Part shown: positions 1-12,876 of the stretch, in pieces
Layout: every line of letters starts with the position of its first letter
Numbering within the stretch: the stretch's first letter is position 1
Assembly: GCF_009914755.1 (NCBI RefSeq)
Contig: NC_060930.1
Source: the human T2T-CHM13v2.0 reference genome, Homo sapiens
Reading direction: 5' to 3' (one strand)
DNA length: 64,000 bases
The notes under the pieces: generated by a model
The model's input: only the letters and a program-made list of their open reading frames with translations
The model's database searches: none
Told to the model about the DNA's origin: nothing
Made by a program: the position numbers and the translations under genes

Positions 1-738
1 CATCACTGGTCGTTAGAGAAATGCAAGTCAAAATCACAATGTGTTACCATCTCACACCAGTTGGAATGGCGATCATTAAAAAGTTAGGAAACAACAGATG
101 CTGGAGAGGATGTGGAGAAATAGGAACGCTTTTACACTGTTGGTGGGAATGTAAATTAGTTCAACCATTGTGGAAGACAGTGTGGCAATTCCTCAAGGAT
201 TTACAACCAGAAATACAATTTGACCTAGCAATACCATGACTTGGTATATACCCAAAGGATTATAAATCACGCTACTATAAAGACACATGCATATGTATGT
301 TTATCGCAACACTATTCACAAGAGCAAAGACTTGGAACCAACCCAAATGCCCATCAATGAGAGACTGGATAAAGAAAATGTGGCACATATACACTATAGA
401 ATACTATGCAGCTATACAAATAATGAGTTCATGTCCTTTGCAGGGACATAGATGAAGCTGGAAACCATCATTCTCAGCAAACTAACACAGGAACAGAAAA
501 CCAAACACAGCATGTTCTCACTCATAAGTGGGAGCTGAACAATGAGAACGCATGGACACAGGGAGAGGAACATCACACACCAGGTCTTGTCAGGGGGTAG
601 TAGGGTAGGGGAAGAATAGCATTAGGAGAAGCACCTAATGTAGATGACGGGTTGATGGTTGCAGCAAACCATCATGGCACGTGTACACCTATGTAACAAA
701 CCTGCACATTCTGCGCATGTATCCCAGAACTTAAAGTA
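1..738 (+). mobile_element. L1PA (L1PA6/7-like) 3' end: ORF2 C-terminus and 3' UTR, continues off the window start
   Basis: ORF 21-239 is the L1 ORF2 Cys-rich tail ([26 protein letters not shown]). Typical 3' UTR ending cccagaacttaaagtata; the tail has decayed to (TA)n(GA)n. Confidence 0.93.
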
Positions 739-2780
739 TATATATATATAGAGAGAGAGAAAACTCATGGCTCATAGAGATGTCTCAAAACTTACCTTGT
801 TTTGACTGAGCAACAATATCCATGTTTTGAAAGAGAATAGACCCCTGAAGTCCTCTTTTTAATCTATAAATGTTTGTTATTGATTTTTGAGTATTCTGCT
901 TATTAGATATAGACAATTTACTTTTAATTATCCAGACATGTTTTGGATTAAGCAATAGAGTAAAACAAACAAATGTACTTTAAACAATAAATTGCAGTCC
1001 TGCAACCTGAACTCACATGTAAAACAAAGAATGGATGAAATCCTACTTTAAACTCTAAATGCCTTTGCATAAGTGTTTTCCTACTTTATATTCATAAGTA
1101 AATGTAAACTTTAATATCAATTCCATTGCAGCCCTTTCTGAAAAGATTTCTTTGTATTGTTGACTTCAGGGGTAATTTGTTCTTCAAGCACAGACAAAGT
1201 TGTATAAGTTACTTAGGAAAATATCTCCATGTTAGATTGTAACCTACTGCTTTTCTTTTCATGGAAGCCATGCAAAGCTATATGTGGTAGGGTAGATTGA
1301 GGGAAGCCCAGCCAGTGTCAACCTGTTTCATGAAGAACTAATGATATGCCTGCATCTTTACTGAGGATGCTTTTGTTGCCAAGAAAGAACACAATTGAGG
1401 GATGTGGGCACTCAATGTCTGCCTGACAGCAGATGTGAATCTTTTCTAACAGGTACATAGCAACAAAGCTTTAAATAGAATCCAGCAGCTGTTAAATCAA
1501 GAACAAGAATATTTACTTCACTTTTTCTATAGTCCCATTATTCTGTAATTCAAACGTCAACTCACCCTATTTTATTTTTAAGCTGTAGCTGATAAGGAGC
1601 AAAATTCCTCTACTATCCAAAGGGCTTTGAAGGGTTCTAACCTCATTTCACAGATTAAGTTCAGGCAGTTTACTCAGATTCCTTTTTAGGACTAGAAACT
1701 GTTTTTCCCATTTACAGCGAACAGTTTTAAAAACGTGTATTTCAGGGGTAAACAGACATCATCTCTGAACAGAACTAGGTTAGAAGTAAGCTTAGAGATT
1801 TGTCTAGATTAAATTTAGATTTGCTTTCAGTTTCAAAATGACCCCATACATTCCATTTCAGGATTACTTTCTTTTTCTGCTGTGAGGTGGATTGGAGGCT
1901 GCCTTCCCTAAGATTTTCTTTTCACTTTTTGAGTATGCAAGTGACATTTTCCTGTTCATCCAAAGAATGAAGTAAACCCGATTAGATTTGTTCTCCATCT
2001 GGGAGCAGGAAATTAACTTTGAAAATGATTTAAATCTCTTGCCTGGGGAGGGACTTTTACTGCCCTGAGTTCAATAGTTCAATTTGACAGAAGCCTTCGC
2101 CAGATTTCTAATACATAGTTGTGTTTAAAAAAAGGATGAAAATGAGGCTGCTTTAAATTTCATTAACTGAATTCTTATATCAGACCGAATTTGGAGGCCT
2201 GTCAGGCAGAATAAGTTCGCCCAGTAAACATTTTAAGTAGACAGATATTATTATACTAGTTTCAAAGAAGAAAAAAAATACATGCTTTTGTATATTAAGA
2301 GAAAATCTTTAGGACTGACAATTATGCATTACAATTTTTTTCTTATTTTGTGACCATAAGAACAGGCAGCATAAGCATGAAACCATGAAAACTGGTTGAA
2401 CATGTTTAGAGTTTATTTTGGTAATCAAAACAACAAAGCTATTCTGACATACTTCTAATGATATACATAATAGTTGTGCTGAAAGATGACAAAATGTCCA
2501 CACAAACAACTTTATTTTGAATATTTATTTGCAGATAGATGTCACTTTTAGGATTTTTTTCTCACTTTATTTGCACATATCTATAATTAACATTGATGAT
2601 GACAATATTCCCAATGACTATGAACATCATGAAAGCAGACATTTGTCACATTCTCTCACGCACGTTTATGTTTATATATACCATAGTCCCTCTAACTGGG
2701 GTTTCTTTGCTTGGGATACTTTGTCCAAAGACAATATTGGCAATATTTGCATATTAAGAAAATATTTGTATATTTTTTCC

Positions 2781-3058
2781 ATGAAAACATAGTAAACACT
2801 AATTGAACATCTTCTGTGTGCTAATCATGTTAGTATTGGTGTCATGAAATAATTATAAGGACTTGAATTAGACATTTCAAAAGCCTAGGGTTAATACCTT
2901 GACAACTAATCTAAAAGACACATGTTGATTGCTCCCATAAGAGAGGTGTATATACTGGGGTATATCTGAAAAGGCTTTCCCAAGAAAGTGATGCATGAAC
3001 TAGGTCATGAATAATAGAATTGTGAAATATTAGAAAGATCTGTATAAGAAAAATTATA
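2781..3058. repeat. Local direct duplication, copy 1 (L2-like fragment)
   Basis: Aligns to 3945-4229; a 46-bp perfect core at 2832-2877 equals 3996-4041. Confidence 0.9.
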
Positions 3059-3129
3059 TTCCCAATATCATTTTTTTCTTTCATGCATTCCCATCCATAC
3101 TGTTTTCCCCTCAAACCAAGGAGTTCTTG

Positions 3130-3520
3130 TTCAGTATCTACTCAGCAGAAAATAGTTACTTTGGCCCAAGTTAGGCTGTTGCAGCAAATGAGTCTCAAAT
3201 TTCTCTCTCTCTCTCTCTCGCCCTCAGCTTTGTTTCTTGCATCTAATATATGTCCATTGGGGATTGAGTACAGTTCTACTCTATGTCATTTTCTTTCCAA
3301 GACTCAGGATTATGGATCATATTCTATCTGGGATATCATCAGATTTATGGCACAGAAAAAAAGAGCAAAGATGGAACCATAAGATGACTTCTAAATCTTC
3401 TGCTTGGAAGTAGTACACATCACTTCCCTCTTTTTAATTGGCCAGATCAAGTCATGTTCCCAAACCAAATCTCAATGGACAGGGAATATAATTATCCCAC
3501 AAGGAGTGGCTTGACAGGCA
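3130..3520 (-). mobile_element. Old MaLR LTR (MLT1J/K/L-like) fragment
   Basis: cacatcacttcc...attggccagatcaagtcatgttcccaaacc...gggaatataattatcccacaagg resembles reverse-strand MLT1. Confidence 0.5.
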
Positions 3521-3595
3521 GGAATCCTAGATATTTCAAATAAATGAGACTATACCCAAAATTAAAACACATTTTATATGACCCAGTATCCCAGC

Positions 3596-3596
<1 letters not shown>

Positions 3597-3662
<66 letters not shown>
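3597..3662. repeat. (TG)n(TA)n compound microsatellite
   Basis: Read directly from the sequence. Confidence 0.97.
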
Positions 3663-3944
3663 CATGTTAACCAGTGCAGGGAACATAGTAGGTGCACAAT
3701 AAGTATTTTTTAAATGGATACATGAATGATTATATTAACCAAGAAAATATTATATGATGTACTCTGATGTTTCTAAGATATTGTATCTTTTGTATTATAT
3801 TATATTCTATTTTATTTTTGTAAAGTGCTAATCATGGCCCACTAAATTGATTTCATGAACCACAATTTAAAAGCATTCATTAACAAATATAAGAATGTGA
3901 AAGCAATATTATTTTCAATGCTTGATTCTGTTTTTTTTTATCCT

Positions 3945-4229
3945 ATGAAAACACAGGAAACATTAATTGAACATCTTCTGTGTGCTAGTTTTGTCAGTAT
4001 TGGTGTCATGAAATAATTATAAGGACTTGAATTAGACATTTAAGAAGTCCAGGGTTAACATCTTCACAACTAATTTAAAAGAAACATATGGTAATAGCTC
4101 CCATAAGAGAGATGTATAAACTGGGGTAGATCTGAAAAGGTTTTCCCAAGAAAGTAATGCTTAAACGAGGGCATGATAATGAATAATATGATTCTGAAAC
4201 ACAAGAAAGACCTATATAAGAAAATTATA
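3945..4229. repeat. Local direct duplication, copy 2
   Basis: Aligns to 2781-3058. Confidence 0.9.
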
Positions 4230-4779
4230 AGTAGCATGCAAGCTTTTGGTAAGTTTGAAGAAGCATAAATGGTGCAAGAGAAGGGAGATCAGACATATTA
4301 TTGGGAAAGTTAGGGTTTTACACATCACCAACTAGCTATTCTTCAACTACTAGATATGTCAAGAATTCCTGGTATGTAATTCTATCTTTAAAAAAGCAAG
4401 TGAAAACAGAGCAGGAAAGTGGTGGAAATCAGAGTTTTGTTTTATAAACAGGTCAGATTTAAAGGTAACAAATTCCTTATCTCACATAGATATGAGTTTC
4501 TTTTGTCTTCTAAGTATATTGGGCTGATTTTTTTCTTTTCTTAATTTCTCAGTTGGGATTTGCACTGTACCAATTATTTGGCCATAAAACAAATCAGCCT
4601 CCATTTTCTGATCTATACACATAAATGCATAACATTATATTTCCATGCCATTTTTGAAATATGTTTGGCAACATGTAACAACAACAACAAAATGGTTTAG
4701 ATTTTTAGTCACATGAGATCTATGGGAACAGGCCAGAACAGATAGAGTGGTACAAACAAGAACGTTTAGGCTGAGATCA

Positions 4780-5060
4780 ATGTGATCCCGTGGCATTTCC
4801 CTCATGCTCAAAGATAATCGCTGGGCCTTCAGTTATAACATCAATTTATCAAGAACAAGAGGAGGAGGAGAAAGAAACTAGGAAAATGGGGCAAGCCTAT
4901 ATTAGAAATCCCCAGCCAACTTCCACTTGCAAGTAATTGGCAACAAGACCATATTCATATCACGTGGCCTCTTCAAGCTTCAAAGGAGGCTGGGAAATAA
5001 AATTTTTAAACATATTCCTGCTGTGAATAAAATTAGAGTTCCCAGTATTATAGGAGGAGA
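4780..5060 (-). mobile_element. Old LTR (MLT1L/LTR33-like) fragment
   Basis: cacgtggcc...caaaggaggctgggaaat...gaataaaattagagttc motifs. Confidence 0.4.
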
Positions 5061-5810
5061 AAACCATAACTGCTACATCTTCTTACCTCGCAGGGTTGTT
5101 GAGGGAATCAGATGAGAGTACTAGTGTAAAATGACTTGAAAAATTTCAAATAATTATGAGCAAGTAAACTATTTTTAAAAAGTAAGAAGTGTACAAAACT
5201 TAAGCTAAGCTAATTAGCCATTTCTGCCATAAAATATTTGAACATTCCAACAGCAATACAAAAATACACACACATGCACTCAATCGTTCATACACATAGC
5301 TGCTGTATTAACGTGTATAGTAAAAACATGTAGTCATCTATGTGTATAGGCCTACATATTATTTACAGAAAATTAATATTAGTTTATAATTAACTTTAAC
5401 ACACACACATATAAAATAAAGTAATGGTGAAAATCAAAGACACTATCTTTCCTCTTAATTTTATACTACTGAAGACACAAAATTTTCCATAATATTGTGC
5501 TTATTTCAAGATCTCAAATCAGAGTGTTTATTATTTACAAGGCATCTTTATTGTTTCCAAGGAAAACCCTGATACCAATTAATAATGGGGGAGAGAGGAG
5601 GCAGATATATATATTCACCACAAAATTCACAGACAATCTGCAAAACTCACAGAGTCAGAAAATTTGAGTGGAGTTTAGGAGATTTGGCCCTGCTGGAAAC
5701 AGAAAAACAAGATAAAAAGAAGATATGATAACTCTCAGGTACGTAAAAGTATGCTATAGAGCAGTTAAATAGCAATTATTCTATAAGCTGATTAGGATAG
5801 AACATGGTAT

Positions 5811-7085
5811 AAAGACCTCAAGGCTATGAAACTCCTAAAATAAACATCAGGGAAACTCTCTAGAACATTGGCTGTGGCAAAGATTTCTTGAGTAATACTC
5901 CACAAGCACAGGCAACCAAAGCAAAAATGGACAAATGGGATCACATCATGTTAAAAACCTTCTGCACAGAAAAGGAAACAGTCTACAAAATGGACAGACA
6001 ACCCAAAGAATGGGAGAAAATATTTGCAAACTATCCATCTGACAAGGGACTAATAAAGTATATAATGATCTCAAAAAAACTCTACAGGAAAAAATCTCAT
6101 AATCTGATTTTTTAAATGAGCAAAAGATCTCAGTAGACATTTATCAGAAGAAGGCATACAAGTGGAAAATAGATATATGTAGAGGTGCTCATCAATGATC
6201 ATTAGAAAAATGCAATGAAATATCATCTCATCCCAGTTAAAACAGCTTTTATCCGAAAGACAGGCAATGACAAATGCTGACAAGGATGTGGAGAAAAGGG
6301 AACCCTCATACACTAATTGACTAAATATTAATTAGTACAACCACTATGGAGTACAGTTTGAAGGCTCCTTAAAAAAACTAAAAACAGAGCTACCATATGA
6401 TCTTATCCACCAATCCCACTGCTAGATATATACCCCAAAGAAAGGAAATCAGTATATAGAAGAGATATCTACACTCCCATATTTCTTGAGCACTATTCAA
6501 ATATCCGAGATTTGAAAGTAACCTAATTGTCCATCAGCAGATGAATGGATAGCAAACATGTGGTACATATACACAATGGAGTACTATTCAGCTATAAGAA
6601 AGCATGAGATCTTGTCGTTTGCAATACCATGGATGGAGCTGGAGGTCATTTTGTTAAGTGAGATATGCCAGGCACAGAAACACAAACTTTGCATGTTCTC
6701 TTATTTGTGGGAGCTAAAAATCGAAACAATTGAACTCATGGAGACAGTGAGGAGAATGATCATTACCAGCAGCTGGGAAGGGTAATGGGGCTGTAGGAGT
6801 AAGTGTGGATTGTTTGTAGATACAAAAAAAAGTAGTTGGAAACAATGAATTAGATCTAGTATTTGATAGCCCAATAATGTGACTACAGTCAATAACAATT
6901 CAAGTGTACATTTAAAAATAACTAAAAGAATATAATTGTATTCTTTGTGCTGCAAAGTATAAATGCTTGAAGTGATAGATATGCCATTTTCCTGATATGA
7001 TTATTATGCATTGTATGCCTGTATCAAAATATCTCATGTTCTCCATAAACATATACACCTAAAAATTAAAATAAATAAAAAGTAT
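5811..7085 (+). mobile_element. L1MA1/2-like 5'-truncated LINE-1
   Basis: ORF2 remnants ([17 protein letters not shown]; MWYIYTMEYYSAI); L1MA-type 3' UTR (agatctagtatttgatagc...); A-rich tail. Confidence 0.9.
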
Positions 7086-7513
7086 AAGTTTTAAAAAAGC
7101 ATTATTCTTACCAAATTAACTAGTAGCTTCAAATTAACTAGTAGCTTCAGCAGATTTCATAATCAGCACCTTAACTAAGAGTCTTATGGAACCGTTAATC
7201 TCATAAGTAAAAGTTGAGGGCTTTTTGTATTTTAAAATCATTTTTAAAAATTTTCAAGAGTTTAAAAATAAAATGTTCTTAGCCTCCAAGCTAAAATAGC
7301 AAATAACAAATAAATAATAAAGGGCAAAGCAATCTTTTGTTTAAAATGCTTATTCCTTTCCCAACTAGGTTTAACTGGGGAAAGTGGTAGGGAAGAGAAA
7401 ATCTTGAAATCATTCATTTACTTCCTGACTCTCAGGTGTGGCTGAATGAAAGATTTCCTGGGCACTACATTAGATAAGAGGCTCAGTAAGGAGTTCTTTA
7501 CAAAAATTTGAGT

Positions 7514-7919
7514 TAGAATGATAGACTGGATTAAGAAAATGTGGCACATATACACCATGGAATACTATGCAGCCATAAAAAATGATGAGTTTGTGTCCTT
7601 TGTAGGGACATGGATGAAGCTGGAAACCATCATTCTCAGCAAACTATCACAAGGACAAAAAACCAAACACCGCATGTTCTCACTCACAGATGGGAATTGA
7701 ACAATGAGAACACATGGTCAGAGGAAGGGGAACATCACACACTGGGGCCTGTTGTGAGGTGGAGGGAGTGGCGAGGGATAGCATTAGGAGATATACCTAA
7801 TGCTAAATGACGAGTTAATGGGTGCAGCACACCAACATGGCACATGTATACATATGTAACAAACCTGCATGTTGGGCACATGTACCCTAAAACTTCAAGT
7901 ATAATAAAAAAAATTTTAA
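7514..7919 (+). mobile_element. Young L1PA (L1PA3-like) 3' end with TSD
   Basis: MIDWIKKMWHIYTMEYYAAIK; ctaatgctaaatgacgagttaatgggtgcagc; TSD aaaaatttgagt at 7502-7513 and 7920-7931. Confidence 0.93.
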
Positions 7920-7988
7920 AAAAATTTGAGTAGGAAGCTGCTCCATGACTAGCTCAATGTTTTGTCTGGCTTAAGAAGTGATAATTGG

Positions 7989-8124
7989 GGCTGGGCATGG
8001 TGGTTCATGCCTGTAATCCCAGTACTTTGGGTGGCTGAGGTGGGAGGACCACTTGAGGCCAGGAGTTGGAAACCAGCCTGGGTAACAAAGTGAGACCCCA
8101 TCTTTATAAAAATAAAAATACAAA
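7989..8124 (+). mobile_element. FLAM / free left Alu monomer
   Basis: Single Alu arm with A-rich tail; TSD aagaagtgata at 7973-7983 and 8125-8135. Confidence 0.88.
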
Positions 8125-8323
8125 AAGAAGTGATAGGCACTAGGCCATCATCCCCAGTTGCTTCTTCCTTTCCCAAGATAGATTTAGTCTTCTTAATTTA
8201 AGCCTTGTTCTTATTATGTGGATCCTCTGCTTCAACATGTGCTTTTGACATAAAATTTTAGGTCATTGTGAAGGAAGGTGGAGGGGATTATGTTAGCTCA
8301 TACGTAAAATATTTTTAGCTAAT

Positions 8324-8325
<2 letters not shown>

Positions 8326-8359
<34 letters not shown>
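8326..8359. repeat. (TG)n microsatellite
   Basis: Read directly from the sequence. Confidence 0.97.
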
Positions 8360-8360
<1 letters not shown>

Positions 8361-8491
8361 TTTCTCTGCTTGTATATATTTCTTTCTAATTTTCACACAC
8401 ATACATCAATTCATGCTCAAAAACAGTATATGTAGCATACTGAATATGTTGAGTGAGAAAAGCAAGGTATGTGATAAACTGAGATCCTCTC

Positions 8492-8881
8492 TGTTATAGA
8501 CTGAATGTTTGCATCTGTGTCTCCCCCACCCCAAAATTTACTATGTTGAAGCTCTATTTCCAGAGTGAGTGTATTTGGAGTCTCTAAGGAAGTAATTAAG
8601 GTTAAGTGAGATCATAAGGGTGGTAGGTCTGATGGGATTAGTGGTTTTATAAGCAGTGACACCAGAGAGCTCTCTCATGAGTGCCTGGACCAAGGAAAAG
8701 CCAGGTAAGCACAGAGAAGGCAGCCGTCTTCAACCCAAGGGGAGAGGCCTCACCAGAAAGACGCATCGCTATTCCCTGATTTTGGACTTCCAGTCCCCAG
8801 AACTGTGCAAAAGTAAATTTCTGTTGTTTAAGCCATACAGCTCCTCATATTTTGTAGTAGCAGCCCAAGCTGACTAATACA
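8492..8881 (+). mobile_element. MLT1A-like solo MaLR LTR
   Basis: TG...CA ends (tgttatagactgaatg ... gcccaagctgactaataca); ttggacttccagtccccagaactgtg motif. Confidence 0.88.
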
Positions 8882-9227
8882 GTCTCTCTAAATATTTCTT
8901 CTTTTGACAAACACGTAAAGATATATGACATTAAACCAAAAATCTTTATCTAGTATTTCTCTCCTTTAATCTGAGGAAGTTGCCAATGACAAGTTTTCTG
9001 ACAAAATTTTAAGTATATCAATATTAAGATATCTATTACATTTCAAATTATATATTAATAAGTAGGATGTACATATTTGATCAAATATTAAGTATATTAT
9101 AAAATATTTATGAAATAGAATGTAAAAAATAACAGAAAATTTTAAGAAAAACAAAACTTTATATAACCACAGGTTATTGTGCTAGGCCAATTTGTGTTCA
9201 TGCATTAGGCTCACCTGAGATTATGTC

Positions 9228-10064
9228 CAGTAAATCCTCACATAATGTCATTGATAGGTTCTTGGAAACTGTGACTTCAAGCAAAATAACATAATGAAAC
9301 CAATTTTACCATAGGCTAATTTAAACAAGAGTTAAGTTTCTATGGCATATTTCTAGTCACAAAAATAGCATCTTCAATTTCTAAAGACACCAAGCAATTC
9401 TAATATTAAACATTGAAATAAATTTGAGCTATACACACATTTAAGAAAGGTTAATAAAAAACAAGTAAGATAATTATTTATCCCATGTTTGGTGAATCAG
9501 TGAGTATCAGTGGTCACAGCGGTGGTGGGGTAAATCAAAGAATAAATATTCTCAAAGCAAAAATTATGAGGAGCACCTCCTACCACCACACAGTTCAAAT
9601 ACCAGCACTCACAAATAGGGTAGTGTCACTGACTGCTTTTGTACCACATCGTTTATTATCATGCATTTGTATGATTATTATATACTTTACAAATTTCTGT
9701 TTTACAATAATTTGTATTCATTCATTCATTCATTTTCCAACCAGATTATTCCAGTTCAGAGTCAAGGGTGACTGGACCCTATTCAGGCAACTCAGGGTGC
9801 AAGGTTGAGACCACCTCTGGACAGGATGCGATTCCATTGCAGGACATACACCCACACCCACACTCACTCAGATTAGGGCAATTTAGATAGGCCAATGAAC
9901 CTAACGTTCACATCTTTGGGATGTGGGAGGAAACCAGAGTACCCAGAGAAAATCTACACAGATATAGAGAGAATGTGCAAACTCCACACAGACAGTGGCT
10001 CCGACAACTCTCAATATTATAATGAGAAAGCAATGTTGAATCAAACAACGTTGAGGACCAGCTG
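9228..10064 (-). mobile_element. MER6 (TcMar-Tigger non-autonomous DNA transposon), near full length
   Basis: Imperfect TIRs cagtaaatcctca / tgaggaccagctg followed by TA; internal gggatgtgggaggaaaccagagtacccagagaaaa...tgcaaactccacacagacagtgg (V-SINE-like domain). Confidence 0.85.
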
Positions 10065-10434
10065 TATTTGTATTTTTGCCTCTTCTTGGAGGATAGGTTT
10101 GAGAAAATTGCCAATACATTCACCCTTACATTCTTTTAAGTGTGCATGCAGACTTAACTTAAAATTTGCTATTTATTAAACTTTCTATAATTTATTCCAT
10201 AGTGTAACCTCATTATCTTCCTTCAATATTTTTGCTGTTTTCATAAAGGCAGGTTGAAAACAAACATTTCCATACTTCTTAAAGATATGTAACTAAATTT
10301 GATGGACCCAGCTAACAAATTTAATCACTTTATATACTAGTACCCAGGATAAGTAGACTCCTTAATGAAAGATACTCCTGTTACTGTGTGGCTGACCAAG
10401 TCATGTTTATTTTTGGCTTTGTGCTTTGGTAGAG

Positions 10435-10607
10435 CAGTGACTCTTAATCCCTGGTTTGCATCACTTCGAGAGTTTGAAAAAATACAAACACATGAAAACA
10501 ATGCTGGACCAATTAAGCCAGTGTCTCTAGGAGAGGATGCCAGTACTCTAGGTTCTTAAAATCTTCTCAAATAATTCTGAAGTGCAGTCAGGGTGAGATC
10601 GGCTGCC
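10435..10607. mobile_element. MER5B-like hAT-Charlie MITE
   Basis: cagtgactcttaatccctgg...gaccaattaagccag...aattctgaagtgcagtcagggtgaga. Confidence 0.6.
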
Positions 10608-11193
10608 TTAGAGGGACTTGTTTAAACTCCTATAAATTTGTTAATACATTTTATATGCATTCTTCTTCCCCAAAAAGTCCAATTTCTCTGTCAAGCTCTT
10701 GAACCATATGATAGTAAATTATGTTGGCCTTTATAGACAAGGGCTTGGAATAATTCACAGAAATCAAAGGTACAGCATTTTAACACTTTACTAATTTAGT
10801 AACACATAAAAGTAATCTCCAAATCAACAGGGAAGAAAAAATATGCACCAACTCTGACTGATCATTCCACAGAGCAAAGAATTTACACATCAATATTTTC
10901 AAGGAGACAAAAATCTAATAGGAACTGAAATGATGAATCTAATACTTCAAAAGAGAATAGAAAATCTGTTTTAAAGAAAATGGATTCTGAAAATACATAG
11001 AAATATTTCAGTATTTGGAAAGAGACTTCAACTAACTATGGAAAAATAACATTGAAGACAAACTAAGGAACAAGCCAAAACATGAGATATTTTGTCTAAT
11101 CATAACACATTTTATGAGGGCTATATATATAGCAACAATTTTCCAATAATAAGGCAGGAAGCTGAAATCATTAGAGCTCAAATTACCCTAAAC

Positions 11194-11352
11194 CAGTGCT
11201 CAGAAACATGGTTTCCATAAGAATCACCTGGGGATCTTGTTAAAATGCAGATTTGATTAAGTCTAGGATGAGGCCTGAGAGTCTGCATTTCTACCAAGAT
11301 CTCAAGGGATGTAGAAGTTGCTGTCCAAGAACTACAATTTAAGCACTAGCAA
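11194..11352. mobile_element. MER5A hAT-Charlie MITE
   Basis: agaatcacctggggatcttgttaaaatgcagatt...ggcctgagagtctgcatttctaccaag. Confidence 0.8.
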
Positions 11353-12121
11353 GGCAAACTATTAATCTTTAAAGTCCTTGCAGATAACATTATCCAGAAG
11401 ATAGTCAAATTTAAAATGTAAAGTGCATAATATGAACCTGCACTTCAAAAGCAAATAATATTTGATTCATTTTACAGCTTTGTCTCTATAACACACTGAG
11501 GGTCCAAATGGGTGACTACTAGATAGAGATTGAAAAACAGAAAACAGACGGACTCTAATTTTTGATTAGTGATATCAATACCATCACCACAGATAAGTTC
11601 TGGTTGAAAATAGGAAAAAGTGGAGTTATCTTTTCTCAAAAAACACAAATCATTGGCCATTAATATCAACCTAGACCAGGGTATGTTGGAGTTGGCCACT
11701 ACCACTCAGGAGAGTAGGCTGCGTGCATCTCTTTCCAACTCCAACACCATAAATAGTTACGTCAGTTTGGTAGCTTAAAGATCTCAGCAAACACTTGGAA
11801 TGGGGTCTTAAAAAAAAGTCCCCCAGAGTGGGTTTGCCAACATAGCATGGCATGTAGCTTCTGGTCTAACACATGATTCTGAAAGAAAAGAAATGTAAAC
11901 ATAACGTGAAATACGGTGAATAATGCAATGACCTTAGGATTGTCAAGATTAGAAGACAATAGGGAGATTAAGGAGGGCATCTTCTTGTCTAAACAATGAA
12001 AATAGGTATTGGAAAAACCATAAAGTATGAGATATAAGAAAAAAATACAAAAATAACAAATGGATCAATCTAAATTGCATTAAACAGTGGTATAATGTTA
12101 AACAATGTGTTTTAGTTGTCT

Positions 12122-12815
12122 GTGGTACTGGTTCAAACACATTTGGTCTCAGGACTCCTTCACAGTCTTAAAATTTTTGAATAACTCAAAGAACATTTAT
12201 TTATATGATTATTTCAATTGTTTATCATATTCAAAATGAAAAGAGACAAATTTTAAACTTGTTTGTGTATTAAGTTGCTTATGAATAACAGCAATAAGCC
12301 CATTGCATGTTAATATACTACTTCTGAGGAATAATTATATTTTCCAAGACAAATAAAATGTAATGAGAAGAGTTAGCTCTAATAACAGTAGGATCCTCCT
12401 GTTTGGTTCTGCCTGCCTTCTATTGCTATATGTTTTGGTGGAAGTATATGAAGAAAATCAGGCCATACAGAAATAACTACTAGTTGGAAGAGAGAAAAGC
12501 ATTAACTTTTTCAGACGATTGTGAATATTTTTCTTGATTTTACACCAAAACTTGATAAGTAACCTTTTCAGATGATTATGAATATATTTTCTGATTCTAC
12601 ACAAAAATTGGGATAGTTTTAGTTTCAACCTAGCAACTAATCTTTAATAAACCATATCAATGAACTTTTTGTATTGTTACATTAAAATCTATTAGGTTAT
12701 ATTCTAGGTTAAATGATTCTTTTTGGTCATTTGGAAAAATTGTTTCACTGAGTTATGCAGAGCTTCCAAAGATTGACATGTTTTATGATGCACTATACAA
12801 AAACCATTCTTTTTT
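12122..12815. mobile_element. Charlie1a hAT transposon, left part (split by L1)
   Basis: ttggtctcaggactccttcacagtcttaaaa start; gaagtatatgaagaaaatcaggcc; tcactgagttatgcagagcttccaaa; resumes collinearly near 19170. Confidence 0.8.
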
Positions 12816-12876
12816 AATGTAAAAAGACATGAATATTTATTTAATCCCTCTATGCACAGAGTTTCTAAGTTTAAAT

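Noticed and set aside
7112-7148. 18-bp tandem duplication (also 27-bp at 55572-55625)
   Set aside because: Ordinary slippage events with no further signal.
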